A stretch of 64,000 nt of DNA, taken from contig KZ538311.1 in assembly GCA_000934665.2 (NCBI GenBank), positions 1 to 64,000 on the forward strand, read 5' to 3'. A program made the position numbers and the translations under genes. Below, one piece after another: positions 1 through 11,411 of this stretch (its first letter is position 1; each line of letters begins with the position of its first letter). The notes beneath the pieces were generated by a model. It did not search any database. It was not told where the DNA came from and worked only from the letters and a program-made list of their open reading frames with translations. This stretch comes from Catajapyx aquilonaris (Eukaryota).

Positions 1-870
1 ATAACGGAGTCTCAAGTCCCTTATGACTAGGTCACATGCTATCACAGTAATAACCTTGTTGTTTGGCAAATTGTTGAAACGAAGGGCAGAAAATATTTTT
101 TGTGCTCCTGGACGGCCCCTGGGCGGAGAAGTATGATAGTTATGGGGTGATAGATGGAGACCATTGAGTTGGTGTTTCCGTGGAGCTTTTGGATGACAGC
201 ACCAGTACTGTGGTTGTGTAAGGAAAATAATTGCATTTTAAGAAGAGCTTGAGTGTCCAAATTACACCAGGCGCCAAATCTCCAGTCGTTCATGTTGGAA
301 GAAGAATTGGAAACAAGTTGGTGCCAAGCCTTATTAGACTAATTCGACCACGCTGATTTAGAAAATCCAGGTTAGAACTCGGGATTTCGGGTCCTTCTGA
401 CCCAAACACAAGATGGCGTCCAAGGTTACGGCATTTCCAAGAATTACGAAGTAGTCGCGAATTTCTCACCTAAATGTGGCAAGTGAGGTGTGGTTTGAGG
501 GGTTTTCTGGGTCGATAAGGTCAACCACTAGTGACCCGAGGTGACAGGACGTCACTGGAAGTAGAAAATTTGAAGTGACAGGTGGTTTTAAGGTCTTGAA
601 AGATCTCGGTCGACGACGTCTGTAGCTCAATTGGCTCATGAGATATGACCGATTTTTGAAACCCTACTTTCCCAAAAGGCTTTTTTTTTTAGGTGGCTCT
701 ATCTCTGGGGAGGGCAGGTAAATCGCAAAACCGCGCAAATCATATTCTTGTAAGACGTAATTAAAGCGATGGCCCGTTTTTCGGAATAATCTGACAACCC
801 AAGGGTCAGGGGGCTCGGTGAATTGACATGGAATGACCCAACTGATGTCCAAATGGTGGATATTACTCAC

Positions 871-3137
871 CAAGAATCAGCAGCAATTCCTGCGCCCTTC
901 CAAGTGCAAACACTGGGATAAGACATCGACCACCTCGATTGACAATGTCATTCACCAGACTTGTGAAGCGGCTCTCTCGCTCCTCCCGCTTTTCATGAAT
1001 GTGAGTCCCATACGTTGATTCCTAGTAATTTGGCAATAATTAGTTTGTAAGTAATAAGACATATTGGAAGCTCCAAAAATAACGAACAATTTGCATCTTC
1101 ACTTCAAGCAATGAACCTAGACCCTGCTCGCACACACCTAATTTCTTGCATGATAAGAAAAGCAAATCTTCAGAACATCTGTTCCTAGTGCTGTATGATC
1201 GTCAGCACTTTAAAAAATTAATTAAATTTCCCACAATATTGTCATCATGCTCCAACCCTAATAGTTGTGTAGCAAGAGGATATTTGTGACAAAAAAAATT
1301 TGACGTACAACACGTGGGATGTGCAGGAATAATGAAATTGTCGCACACGCTGTGAGGGACTTGATGGTACAGTAGTTCATTATTTTCATGAATTCTGAGC
1401 CAGAAACTTCATAAGAATTACTCACAATAATGAGCACATCTGGACGCACGTTGGGAATTTCTGCAGCCATCAGATGCCTGTCTTCCTGCCTCGAGAAGTC
1501 TCCCGTGTACAAGATCTTGACACCTGCAATCTCGATCATAAACATGGCAGCTCCTAGAACGTGGCCAGCGTTGTAGGCCCAAAAGCGAATCCCATTGACG
1601 TCCTTCTCTTCGTGGAAGTTTATTGTCTCTATCCTGTCCATGCTGGCCTCCAGGTCAGTCTCGGAGTACAGCATCTGTTCTGTGGCTATGTTGCTCACTT
1701 TGATGTAATCAGAGAGAAGCCAGCGGTAGATGGCCTTGGTGGCATGTGTCATTAAGCAGCGCCCTTTGAACGTCGTCTTCACCAGAAACCATGGCAGGGC
1801 GCCACAGTGGTCCAAATGAAAGCTGAAAAATGGAAGAATTGTTTCAGGGCACATGTTGCCAGATGTGGAAGAAGCAATATGAGGAGTCAGAATTACATAT
1901 TTAAACATAGCTTGGTATGCATACCACTGTGGAACCAGACACACACAAAAAAAAGGAATTCGTCGCCACAATTAAATTTGAACAACTTTCCTCCCCATTA
2001 CTTTCTCCAAGAAGTAGTATCATTAGCATACAATTGGAACACTCTAAGTCCAAAATAAAATTCCATAAAAATGTTGACTTACTGTGACACCAAAAGGAGA
2101 TCAATTTCGTCAGCTTCAATCAGATCTACAAATGGAAGTGCATCCATTCCTGAGAGTCCAGGGTGGATCCCGCAGTCCAACTGTTTTCAAATAAATAGGT
2201 CAAAACAAGAAGAGAATTAATATATGTGTATTAATACTTCGAGGAAAACGTACTTCAAAAATTATTGTCCTTGTAAGTGATACCTCGTAAACCACAAGAT
2301 GACAGAAGATCTGTGGTTCAATTTGTGACCTGGGAAGTGCATGAATTTTGGAATTTGCCATTCAAGGAGCACATTTTGATGGAATATTGGACAGAAAGAG
2401 CGCACAATACTTAATGTTGTCACATTTGTTTCTTTACATTCCCTATTGCTCTTTTCGGAATCAATGAAATATTATTTGGTGCTACGTTTGCCTGCGATAC
2501 AGGAAGCGTAAAAGACATAAAATCTGCCATGTTTGACACGTTCTTGTGGCGTAACCCACGTCGAAAATATTCGGCAGTCTGATAGGTTGGACGATTTTGA
2601 TTGTGATAAGATCCTCCTTTATTACAGCAAAGAAAGTTCACATTTTTCGTTCTTGGCCAGCTTTTTCCGATTCTGCCGCAGTGTGCATTGGTAAGAAAAA
2701 AAAGGAACTGGGCATGTTTCTGGTGATCCATTACAGACTGGGTTCACGATAAGAATAATATTACCACTCCCGCCAACTCACCATAATTTTCTTTCCTTTG
2801 AACTCCAGCATGATGCATGACCGCCCAACTTCCTGACCTGCACCCCTGAAACATGACATTGCAACATTATCATTATAAGTTTCCAGTGAAAATTATGCAT
2901 TTCCTCAAGCTTGACCACCCCACCGGTCACGACAGTTCGAAGCACATGCTCCGAACATTCCCCACATGGCTTCCCCCCAATATAAAGCCCGGTGTCCCCC
3001 GCCCTGTTGGTCTCCCTCCTTCCTTACAAGGGCCTGATGAGCAGCAGGTCGCTCTCCTCCGCCGGAACGTGGGCATCGGGCTTCCGTTTGATCGTCGCCG
3101 AACCCGAAGAAGACGAGACGACAACAGCAGCGGCCAT
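871..3137 (-). CDS. CPSF3: Cleavage and polyadenylation specificity factor 73 kDa subunit (metallo-beta-lactamase/beta-CASP endonuclease), 5' part; continues beyond the left edge
   Basis: Exons 3137-3028 (MAAAVVV...[11 protein letters not shown]), 2845-2782 ([21 protein letters not shown]), 2180-2083 (LDCGIHPG...LLLVSH), 1822-1426 ([11 protein letters not shown]...[10 protein letters not shown]...[13 protein letters not shown]), 1021-871 (ESTYGTH...[15 protein letters not shown]). All introns are GT-AG with matching phases; HxHxDH motif present. Confidence 0.97.
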
Positions 3138-4989
3138 CTTTGCCAACCGGTTCGAATATCCTGGGCAGCAGCTATGCTACTACTTACAATAATAAAGCCA
3201 ACAAGCGCAGCAGCTTATTTCGGGGCAGCATGTAGCAGCTTCAGTGGATAGCAACTTTCGATCATGCCCCAACTTGCCTTTTAAAACCAGTCCTCCCCAC
3301 CTCATGACCTATGACCCTATGACGTGTCCCCAGCAGTCATGTGCTCTTCTGATTCCAGAAGAGAAATGTAGGTACCACGGCCGTGCTAGGTACGGAAGAG
3401 TCAAAAATATGATTAAGAGGTTATATGACAATAAGTCACGGGTCACCAGGCCCGGTTTATTGTTTTGACCTCCTGATGAATAGTCACCATGACTCATACA
3501 CTGTGCAAGTGAGACGTGTTCCGCATTTTAGGTGCATTTAGCTGCCCTTTTTTCGCATTGCGTAAATGTGCCCAAAATATTTTTTGAAATTTTTTTCGGG
3601 GGACATTTGCACAGTGCATATAAAAGTGTCTAAATTTAGACGGCTTTTTGCGATTGCCAAATTGCGCTGAAACCATATCATTCTGAAGTCCTGCTAATTC
3701 ATGCGATATTGAACTGGACCGCATTCAGGTTTATTAAGACCTTAATAAATTTTTAAATCCAGCTGAATCAGCAGCGGATATAACAGCCTCGGCTGTAATA
3801 ACATACTTTCGGTTATAACAGACTCGAAAAGGCCTGACCCGTAATATTATTTCCATAAGACCCTCTGTATTTTTACTCCTGATATAATAGACTCATATAT
3901 TCACCTCACAGCGGGTATAACATTTCATGACCCTTGAAGGGAAAATACTCTATTTTTTCTGGTATAAAATTGGCAAAAAGGAGACGGCAGAATCAAATTG
4001 CGGGTTTTTTAATGCCCTGCATAATTTTTGGGCGAGCTATAATATTGCGTTTTTGTGGATGGTTTCATTATTTAGTATGTAAAGCTACAGTACGTATAGT
4101 AGTGTAAAAGCGGAAAACTTTCTGTGCGGTATTCGTTGCAAATGGGACGATTTGGCTACAATCTATAACATACCTTGGTATAATGTATCATACTTTTTTC
4201 CGCGGTCCCTTGAAGTCCGTTATATCCGGATTCAATTGTACAAAACTGTAATACCGATGCCGGTATACCCTAAATAAAGAGACTTCATCGTAAGTTTGTG
4301 TCCCTATTTTAAAATTCCAGCATTGCTTTGTACATTTTTTGTAAATTAAAAAATTGACGGAACTTATGTCCACATATTGTGGATGAATATGTAGGCCTAA
4401 TAGCATTAAGAGAGATCGTACAATTTTGAAAGACAATGCCAGGGAGCATCTCCCTGCCAATGATCAATTTTTAAAACCATCAACAAACTGTCACTATTGT
4501 CAGTCTGCAGTAGGCTATACGACAAAATAAAATAACAATGATGAATAATTTCCAGTGTGTCATATGATGAAGGCCGTGAGAAAATTCTTGTAGCATACAA
4601 AAATTTGGCCTGGACGATGAACTCAGATAACTACAGAGCTCCCCCATGATTCAGAGTTAATCCTCAAAGTTAACCTGGGAAAGAAAAGTTGCACGCGTCA
4701 CCAAACTACCAAAAAGGGGAAAGGTCACCGGGGATTGGCCTGTTGGGGGGCAAGGGTTGGGGGGGGTATTGCAAAGGGGGCGTCCCCCAAAATTTCTGGC
4801 GGGTCCTTCCTGGTTCTGCACTGCAACTTTTGGAAATCATTCTGCAGTGGTCGCCGAGGTGAGAAGGTCATCCTCTCCGCTCTGCTTACTTCTTCTTCGT
4901 GTGATTGCTGCAGGCCCATCTTCGGTCCACTCAGCTAGCTTGGTCTTCTGCAGCTTTGGTCCATACCTGCTGCTCTTGCTTCGTGATTG

Positions 4990-5621
4990 GTAAGTAACAC
5001 AGTAGCACTAGAGATTCTATAGTTGCAGCATGATGGTGCAGTACAGCGTGCTGATGCATGTACGGTGGTTTAGTTTGGGATTATTTTTTGCCGCATTTGA
5101 AAATTATACGTGACAATCAAGCCGTATTTATCACCAGCCATTGTCGACTTTTTGCATCTGTACGATGCGAAAAATTGACTTATTGTTGATTGCATATTTG
5201 ACCGAAATGCTGCGCAGTAAAGTAGCATGGTAACTAGCCATTTTCTGATTTAACGCAAGGGGGTTTATTTGCCGTAATATCAGATACCAATACTGGTCCG
5301 CCCCAATTTTCTAGCATACGCCAAAAGCACTTGTAATTTGCTAGCAAAAAGTGAGTCAAGAAAAAGCATGCACAGTGCAATGTAGCGTCACCCCAAAGTT
5401 CCTGGGAGGGACAAAGATTATCTGGTCGGATAATCTGGCCGAAGGGGACAGCTGCCACGCTGCTGGTTGCACCGACCCCGACCGACCCCTACCTGGAAAT
5501 AACCCTTTTCTTGGTTTTGGACAGTGCAAGGAGGGGAGGGGGAACCGGCACTTTTTATTGCGGATTTTTAGCATTTTCGGTTCTGCAGTGTGTATAATAG
5601 CATCCTCGGTTTTCTTTTTAG
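4990..5621 (+). other. Probable 5'-UTR intron of the Jun-like gene
   Basis: Donor G|GTAAGT at 4990; polypyrimidine acceptor TTTCTTTTTAG ending at 5621, 14 nt before the ATG. Confidence 0.55.
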
Positions 5622-5635
5622 CTTGATTGTTGAAG

Positions 5636-6427
5636 ATGGAAGCCAGCATCGTTTACTCCAGCAGGATGCTTCCTGCCGTCCACATCGACGACGACACCTT
5701 TTCGACGTCAACCTCCGAGGAAGACTTCCTGTCCCAACACCAAATGAGCCGAGACTTTCTCCCCTGCCAACAACCGACCTTCAAACCGGTTTTCAACCCG
5801 TCCCAGCAACAAGTTCTGTCCACCCCTGCGCAGGACACGATTGAGCACGTCTCATCCGAGTTGGGGATGTACCTGCAAGGAAACGGCCATCACCAGCAGC
5901 CACTTGTCTTCACCAAGGTTACCGAAGAGCAGGAGGAATACGCCGCGGGGTTCGTCAAAGCCCTTGAGAGCATCCACCAGTCATCCGGATCCTCAACCTA
6001 CAGCAGCAGCCCCGGCTACAGCACATACAACCAAGAGTTTTCGTACCCAACATACGCGACTCTGGAGCCAAAGCCAGCCGTCTTCTCGGAGCCAACAGCA
6101 CCATCCCAGCAGTACAATTTCCAGACCATCACGAGCCAGACACAGCCGGACACCACGATGAACACGGAGGCCCAGGACATGGAGAAGTTGGAGCGGAAGC
6201 GTCTGAGGAACCGCATTGCAGCATCCAAGTGCAGGCGTCGCAAGCTGGAGAAGATTGACAATCTGCAGAAGACGGTGCAGGAACTCAGAGGGGGTAACCT
6301 GGAGAAGGAAAGGGAAATGGTGTCGTTGAAGGAGGACATTGGCAACTTGAATCAGGAGATCAAGATTCACATGGGGTTCGGGTGCCAGGTCGTGGACATT
6401 AATTTTCAGATGAGCAGTTTCAGCTAG
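5636..6427 (+). CDS. jun: Jun-family bZIP (AP-1) transcription factor, 263 aa, intronless CDS
   Basis: Jun motif VTEEQEEYAAGFVKALESIH; basic region KLERKRLRNRIAASKCRRRKLE followed by a leucine zipper; C-terminal HxxxGCQ. ATG at 5636 follows a splice acceptor at 5621. Confidence 0.92.
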   Translation: MEASIVYSSRMLPAVHIDDDTFSTSTSEEDFLSQHQMSRDFLPCQQPTFKPVFNPSQQQVLSTPAQDTIEHVSSELGMYLQGNGHHQQPLVFTKVTEEQEEYAAGFVKALESIHQSSGSSTYSSSPGYSTYNQEFSYPTYATLEPKPAVFSEPTAPSQQYNFQTITSQTQPDTTMNTEAQDMEKLERKRLRNRIAASKCRRRKLEKIDNLQKTVQELRGGNLEKEREMVSLKEDIGNLNQEIKIHMGFGCQVVDINFQMSSFS

Positions 6428-7561
6428 GAATTTGTTGGAAGAGATAAGGCTCAAGGACAGCAGACATTTTCTCCTTTGTCTTCTTTCAAGTTGTGAGCGA
6501 GGATTTTTTTTTTCACCCGGCTGCATGTTTTGACATTATTTGGAAGAAGTTTTATCGCATTTAAATGGCAGTGTGTGCGCGTTTTAATGCGAAAATTTGT
6601 GCTCCTGCAGGGTATTTTAAAAAATAACGAACAACAGCAAAATAGCTGCACGTTCATTTTGAGTAAAAGTGTGAAGGTAGTCATTTTTAAATTACTGCAA
6701 GTTGTAAATATTCCGCATTTTTTTGCCATGCTGAAGTATTGTTGTTTATTTCAATTAATTTTTTTAAAGTTTGATATTGTCAGACCAACTGCAATCTGGA
6801 ATAGAAAATTCAATTTATGATTTTTAACCGATGCGGAAGTCAGTAAGTGCTATTTTATCGGATTTTAAAAAAAAAACCCTTTTTGTGGTTAGTGATATGT
6901 TGTACAAGATGTAAATAATTTGTGTAAAATACCTGTAAATTTGTTCCAGGTATATTGTATGCCACCAATGTTGAACAAACTGTCATTGTTGTAAGTTTTC
7001 AACGCTGTGACGTTGATATTACTTGCAGTTGTTGTTGTTTTCGGAAGGAATGTATCTTGGGCGGGTCCTAAAATATGTTGATATCAATAAATTTATGTTT
7101 GAAGTTATTTGGATATTCAGTGAATTTTTACAGCGTTCTCCTATCTCGTCCAATCTTTCCAGATGTGTTTCTTGCTTTCAGCATGTTGGATTGAGTTGCT
7201 GCACTTATGCCAAATTGTCTGAGTTAGACGATTACATTTCAGTTGAAAGGTTGAAGGTCGACATAAATCTGTCTAGGTCGTCTCAAAAGACAAAAGTCAG
7301 CATTGTTGAAGTCAAGAAGTGCTCCATGCGCAGAATAGGGAATTTTAAAATTTTATATTCTGTTTTACGCTGTCGCAAAGTAGGCCTACGATGGCCAAAG
7401 AAATAACTCAAAATCGTATAATTTAGTTTTATTTGGGTCTCAAAAGTATGGTTTTCTATATCCCAATTGGCATAAAGGCAAACGAATTTGAAAAGTTATT
7501 TTGTAAACTGCGCGGCATCTCTTTTATCTGAAGCCAAAGAAAACTGATAATTTGTGAGAAT

Positions 7562-7657
7562 AGCTGCTTTTCCACCCAAGTGTAGCCTCTTCGGATCAGC
7601 TTTGCCTCTGTAGAGTGTAGACTACAAAATAATTTCGAAAAAATATTTGTAGACTAT
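7562..7657 (+). repeat. Direct repeat copy 1 (~90 bp; partner at 9517-9605)
   Basis: AGCTGCTTTTCCACCCAAGTGTAGCCTCTTCGGATCAGCTTTG...AAAATATTTGTAGACTAT matches 9517-9605 with a few substitutions and indels. Confidence 0.85.
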
Positions 7658-7658
7658 A

Positions 7659-7955
7659 CAGTAGAACCCCGATTATTCGGAATCCGCGGGATTGGGCATT
7701 GTCGGATAACAAGAAAGGTCGGATAATTCGAGAAAACACTACCAAAAGCATTAAAAATTACGAAATAATGTACAATATGACACTTTTATAAGAAATAGTG
7801 AAGTATTTATCTTTTATAGGTACACACTCCGCTGTTTAAAATTTAACTATAGAGCAATACAAACGATTTAATAGCATGCCTGCATTACAGTATATGATGA
7901 GAAAAACATACATTTATTTCTGAAGCTGGACGGTCGGATAAAGGGGATCCTACTG
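7659..7955. mobile_element. MITE, pogo/Tc1-mariner type
   Basis: TA|CAGTAGAACCCCGATTATTCGG ... TCGGATAAAGGGGATCCTACTG|TA: imperfect ~22-bp TIRs with TA target-site duplication. Confidence 0.8.
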
Positions 7956-7972
7956 TATTAGATTCGATTAGA

Positions 7973-8763
7973 TCATTTTTTATTTGAGTTATTTTGACAG
8001 CAGATGGTCATGTCCGGGTAATGGTACTTGCACACGCGGTACGGAGTATCCCTGTACGTCCTCTGCACGTAGTTGCATTTTGACCAAGGCATACACACAC
8101 CAGGCCTGCCCTTCGCTGTCGTACACTCCATAAGGACCTCATGCTCCTTCACTTCTTTCTTGCAGCTCTCTGCTGGCGCACATAGGGGGTGGGAAAAAAA
8201 CATCATTTACAACTGTTTAAAAATTTGTGTTTTAAAATCATGCTGATTGCACATTGTTTTTTCTTAATATTTTTCTTGGCACAACTTCACATACTGCTGG
8301 GTCCACCAGCCGACAGCGGCAAAAGAGCTCTTTTCCGCCATCAGCCAACACCATTAAGAAGGATTATCCCGGAATGTAAATCTATATGAATAAATAAAAA
8401 TTTCTACTGGGGGCGCCTGACCACCACCGCACTATAGGGAATATTCTTCCACCTCATTAAGAGTTAATGTCCATCACTGCACTACACATTGTTGTCTGGC
8501 TTCCCAATACTGTACCCAGCAGCATCTAAAATGTCTGATTAGATCTAGCCCTGATAATTACACGGTGCTTCAGTACTGACGTCACTGAGCCTTTAATTAT
8601 TGTCTCATTGCTGGCATTGTTGGAGGTCATAGTTGGCCGTCAGTACCACAGAGTTCCGATTCGTGCACTTACCTGCTGCTTTCTCCTGCCTGCCTTGGAC
8701 AAACACTCGCAAATCAAGCAGGAAACAAAAAAGGATGACTCGAAATGGTAAAGGAAGATTCAT
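7973..8763 (-). CDS. Putative secreted stand-alone CLIP-domain peptide (~95 aa)
   Basis: Exon 8763-8673 (MNLPLPFRVILFCFLLDLRVFVQGRQEKAA, signal-like, phase-1 GTAAGT donor) joins in phase to exon 8169 (or 8172)-7973, which carries C-X9-C-X5-C-X14-C-X9-CC and then a stop. Confidence 0.65.
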
Positions 8764-9051
8764 GATCCTGCTCCTCCGACCTGCCAGGATAGGAATGGGG
8801 CGACTGTGCGACAAGAGCTGTTACGAGGATTTGATTGAACACGCCTCGGCCACAATGCGTCGTAACAATCATTTTATCGCCTCGCATAATTTAGCTATCA
8901 GGAACAACACATGAGGAGTTTGCGGTCATTTTAGACAAAGATTTGTTACGTACGGGGTACACGCCAATAATGGAGCATTTTCTAGTCGCAATCAGCACCA
9001 GTGTATATCCAGGGAGGAGCGATTTTTGAGCCTATTGTGAGTTTGAGAATA

Positions 9052-9240
9052 TACGAGGGCATGCTGATAATTTTTGCCTCCATCATGCACATATAATTTT
9101 TAATGCATGTCACAGGACAATGCGGGTGGCATCATATAAAAGCCTGAAATATCCTCTTCAAAACCATATACAGTAAGTATGCCCGTTTTACGCCGCTCCA
9201 TTATTTCAATCGGTGAAACGGTGAACGTCATGACTGTTTT
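9052..9240 (+). mobile_element. Truncated mariner-like end (remnant)
   Basis: TACGAGGGCATGCTGATAATTTTTGCCTCC resembles TACGAGGG-type mariner TIRs from memory; no matching right end or transposase seen. Confidence 0.4.
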
Positions 9241-9265
9241 CTCATTGCATCAAAATAGAAAGGTT

Positions 9266-9485
9266 TGAGATCAAAAAACAACCAAGTCCACTTTGGAAAA
9301 ACTGGTTGTAAAATGAGCAAAAACTGATGATTACTTCACTTTCACTGCTACAATCATGAAACTCTTTACGTCGGTTCAGCGACATATACAATGTGCAATT
9401 AATACCCAAGGACATTCAAATATATAAGTGCTGCATGTATTTGTGTTACATCCCCCAAAAGTGGACTTGGCTGTTTTTGATCTCA
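9266..9485. mobile_element. MITE-like element with ~30-bp TIRs
   Basis: TGAGATCAAAAAACAACCAAGTCCACTTTGG (9266) versus CCAAAAGTGGACTTGGCTGTTTTTGATCTCA (ends 9485). Confidence 0.65.
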
Positions 9486-9516
9486 GATAGACCCCCTCAA
9501 CAGTAGCCTACGAGTG

Positions 9517-9605
9517 AGCTGCCTTTTCCACCCAACGTGTAGCCTCTTCGGGTCAGCTTTGGCTTCAGGCTATAAAATAATATCGAGAAAATATTTGTAG
9601 ACTAT
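9517..9605 (+). repeat. Direct repeat copy 2
   Basis: AGCTGCCTTTTCCACCCAACGTGTAGCCTCTTCGGGTCAGCTTTG...AAAATATTTGTAGACTAT. Confidence 0.85.
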
Positions 9606-10607
9606 GGCTTTCACTACTTAGCGTTCAAGAATACGTAAGTGCAATATTTTCTCACAACATGAAAAAAGTGACAGGTCGAAAGAACCACTGACCCAAGCCG
9701 AAATGGCCTGTCTATTTTTAAGTTATCGCTCACTTTGCCGGCTCCGTCTTGTCTGGAGGCAGACTGGCTCCTTAATCCTTTTACTAGTAATTGGGAACAG
9801 AAGCCAGGGATGGCCAGTCGACCTGTCAAGTATAGGGGCAGGAGTCACCAAGGTCGGTCGGCTCTACAGGTCCCTTCCGTACCTTGGCGCCAAAGTTGTA
9901 GTGATATCAGAGAGCACATGATGAGGTCCAGACGACACGCCCCAAAAGGCCCTCCAAAATATGTCGTGGCACCATGTAACCGTGGGAAAGCCGGAAAGGC
10001 GAATGTTGGACAAATAACTTAGAGTGCGGAATGACTCCGCCGTGCTCAAGATTGTACTTGTCATCGATAAGGTGGGTTATTATTCCACCGAACCGTGGGA
10101 ATGTACCAACATTTTTCAATTTTCAGAACCCTCGAGATCATGCGCTTAGGTCGTTTCAAGACATGCGGTTAATTCCAGTTAATACAATGCTCACATGGGG
10201 CTGAAAGGGATGATTCCAGGAGTTTTTGTATAGTTGTTTGTGTATGCAGATCCCAATTAGAAGTTTATTTTGGTCAATTAATATTATATACTCGAAAGGA
10301 AACAATTTGAATCCTTGTAAATTCCGAATTTGAAAATTCTCAAAATTGAAGCATTTTAATCATGTTGGCAGTGGGCTGCTCAAATATAACAAACAAAATG
10401 GGATTTGTGGAAAACAGCAGTCATTTTATATACGGCTATCACGTAATTGTGATATTTGTGCACACATCGTATACCTTTGCGAGTAAATTTTAATAATGCG
10501 TATTACGGTTCGAGTAACTTAAATATAGGTCGACTCTATTGCAGCACTTGAAATAGATTGTATAGTCGTGCCTATAGTTGCTTTGCAATATTATTTTCTT
10601 CTTGAGT

Positions 10608-11208
10608 TTTGTCACAGAGTGACCAACACAAGCTTTGGCTGGAGCAGGGCAGGGCATGCCCATTTCGCCCAAGGTGCGATGACACCACAAGGACATGTCT
10701 GTGTATAAGAAGGGCAAAGACCTCCCCCATGTCAGCCCTTAAGGTATAGTAAGGGCAGCTGGTTAATCCTTTTTGGTTTTGGAAATGCATTTTCATCGGA
10801 CATCTGCCTGCAATTTAAAAAGATTGACTTAAGAGGTATTAGAGAGCCCAAAAAGTATTCCGACTTAATCATTAGACCAAAGCCCAATCTAGACCTTTGT
10901 ATATGAAATCGCTTAAAAATAATAGCATACTGTACAGATCGGTACAGATGCTGGAAGGAAACCAAAGTGGATATTCTAATGGCAATAAAAGCAACCCGGA
11001 GAGGGTCTGCTACATCAAAACAAGGAGAAAATCTCTGCCTGCACCTAATCGCAGATTTTATTTAAGTTGGGCTGACATGGGGGGGGGGGGAGGTCTTTGC
11101 CCTTCTTACAGACATGTCCTTGTGGTGTCATCGCGCCTTGGGCGAAATGGGCATACCCTGAGCTGCCCTGCTCCAGCCAAACCTTTGAGTTGGGCACTAT
11201 GTGACAAA
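10608..11208. repeat. Inverted repeat pair (~130-140 bp arms, ~330 bp spacer); probable non-autonomous DNA element
   Basis: 10608-10738 (TTTGTCACA...CCCATTTCGCCCAAGG...ACCACAAGGACATGTCTGT...CATGTCAGCCC) is the reverse complement of 11069-11208. Confidence 0.85.
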
Positions 11209-11402
11209 TATATCTAGAAAGGGAGGCTGAGTGGCACCGAAAAGGTGAAGCACATACTCCCACGATTATTATTATTATTAATAATATATCTCTAGAAGGA
11301 AGATATTACACACACCAATAATGTAAGAGAAGCCCTATAAGACCAATAATAATATTTCAACCAAGTAGTAGTCGTATACTCACAAAGACCCCCCCCCCCC
11401 CC

Positions 11403-11411
11403 NNNNNNNNN
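11403..11411. other. Assembly gap after a poly-C run (another N at 14563, also after poly-C)
   Basis: N characters in the sequence. Confidence 0.99.

Noticed and set aside
621..665. tRNA-like start TGTAGCTCAATTGG
   Set aside because: No cloverleaf or B box follows; more likely a repeat remnant in the CPSF3 intron.
1..860. Further CPSF3 exon or retroelement ORF
   Set aside because: I found no match to the expected next CPSF3 peptide and no recognisable RT or transposase motif.
8296..8381. Middle exon for the CLIP gene
   Set aside because: It has plausible splice sites but introduces a stop in the frame set by exon 1; direct exon 1-to-CLIP splicing is in frame.
11375..11411. CPSF3 exon 1 hidden in the assembly gap, which would nest Jun and the CLIP gene in its intron
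   Set aside because: The true exon 1 is at 3137-3028 with the expected [11 protein letters not shown] and the correct phase.
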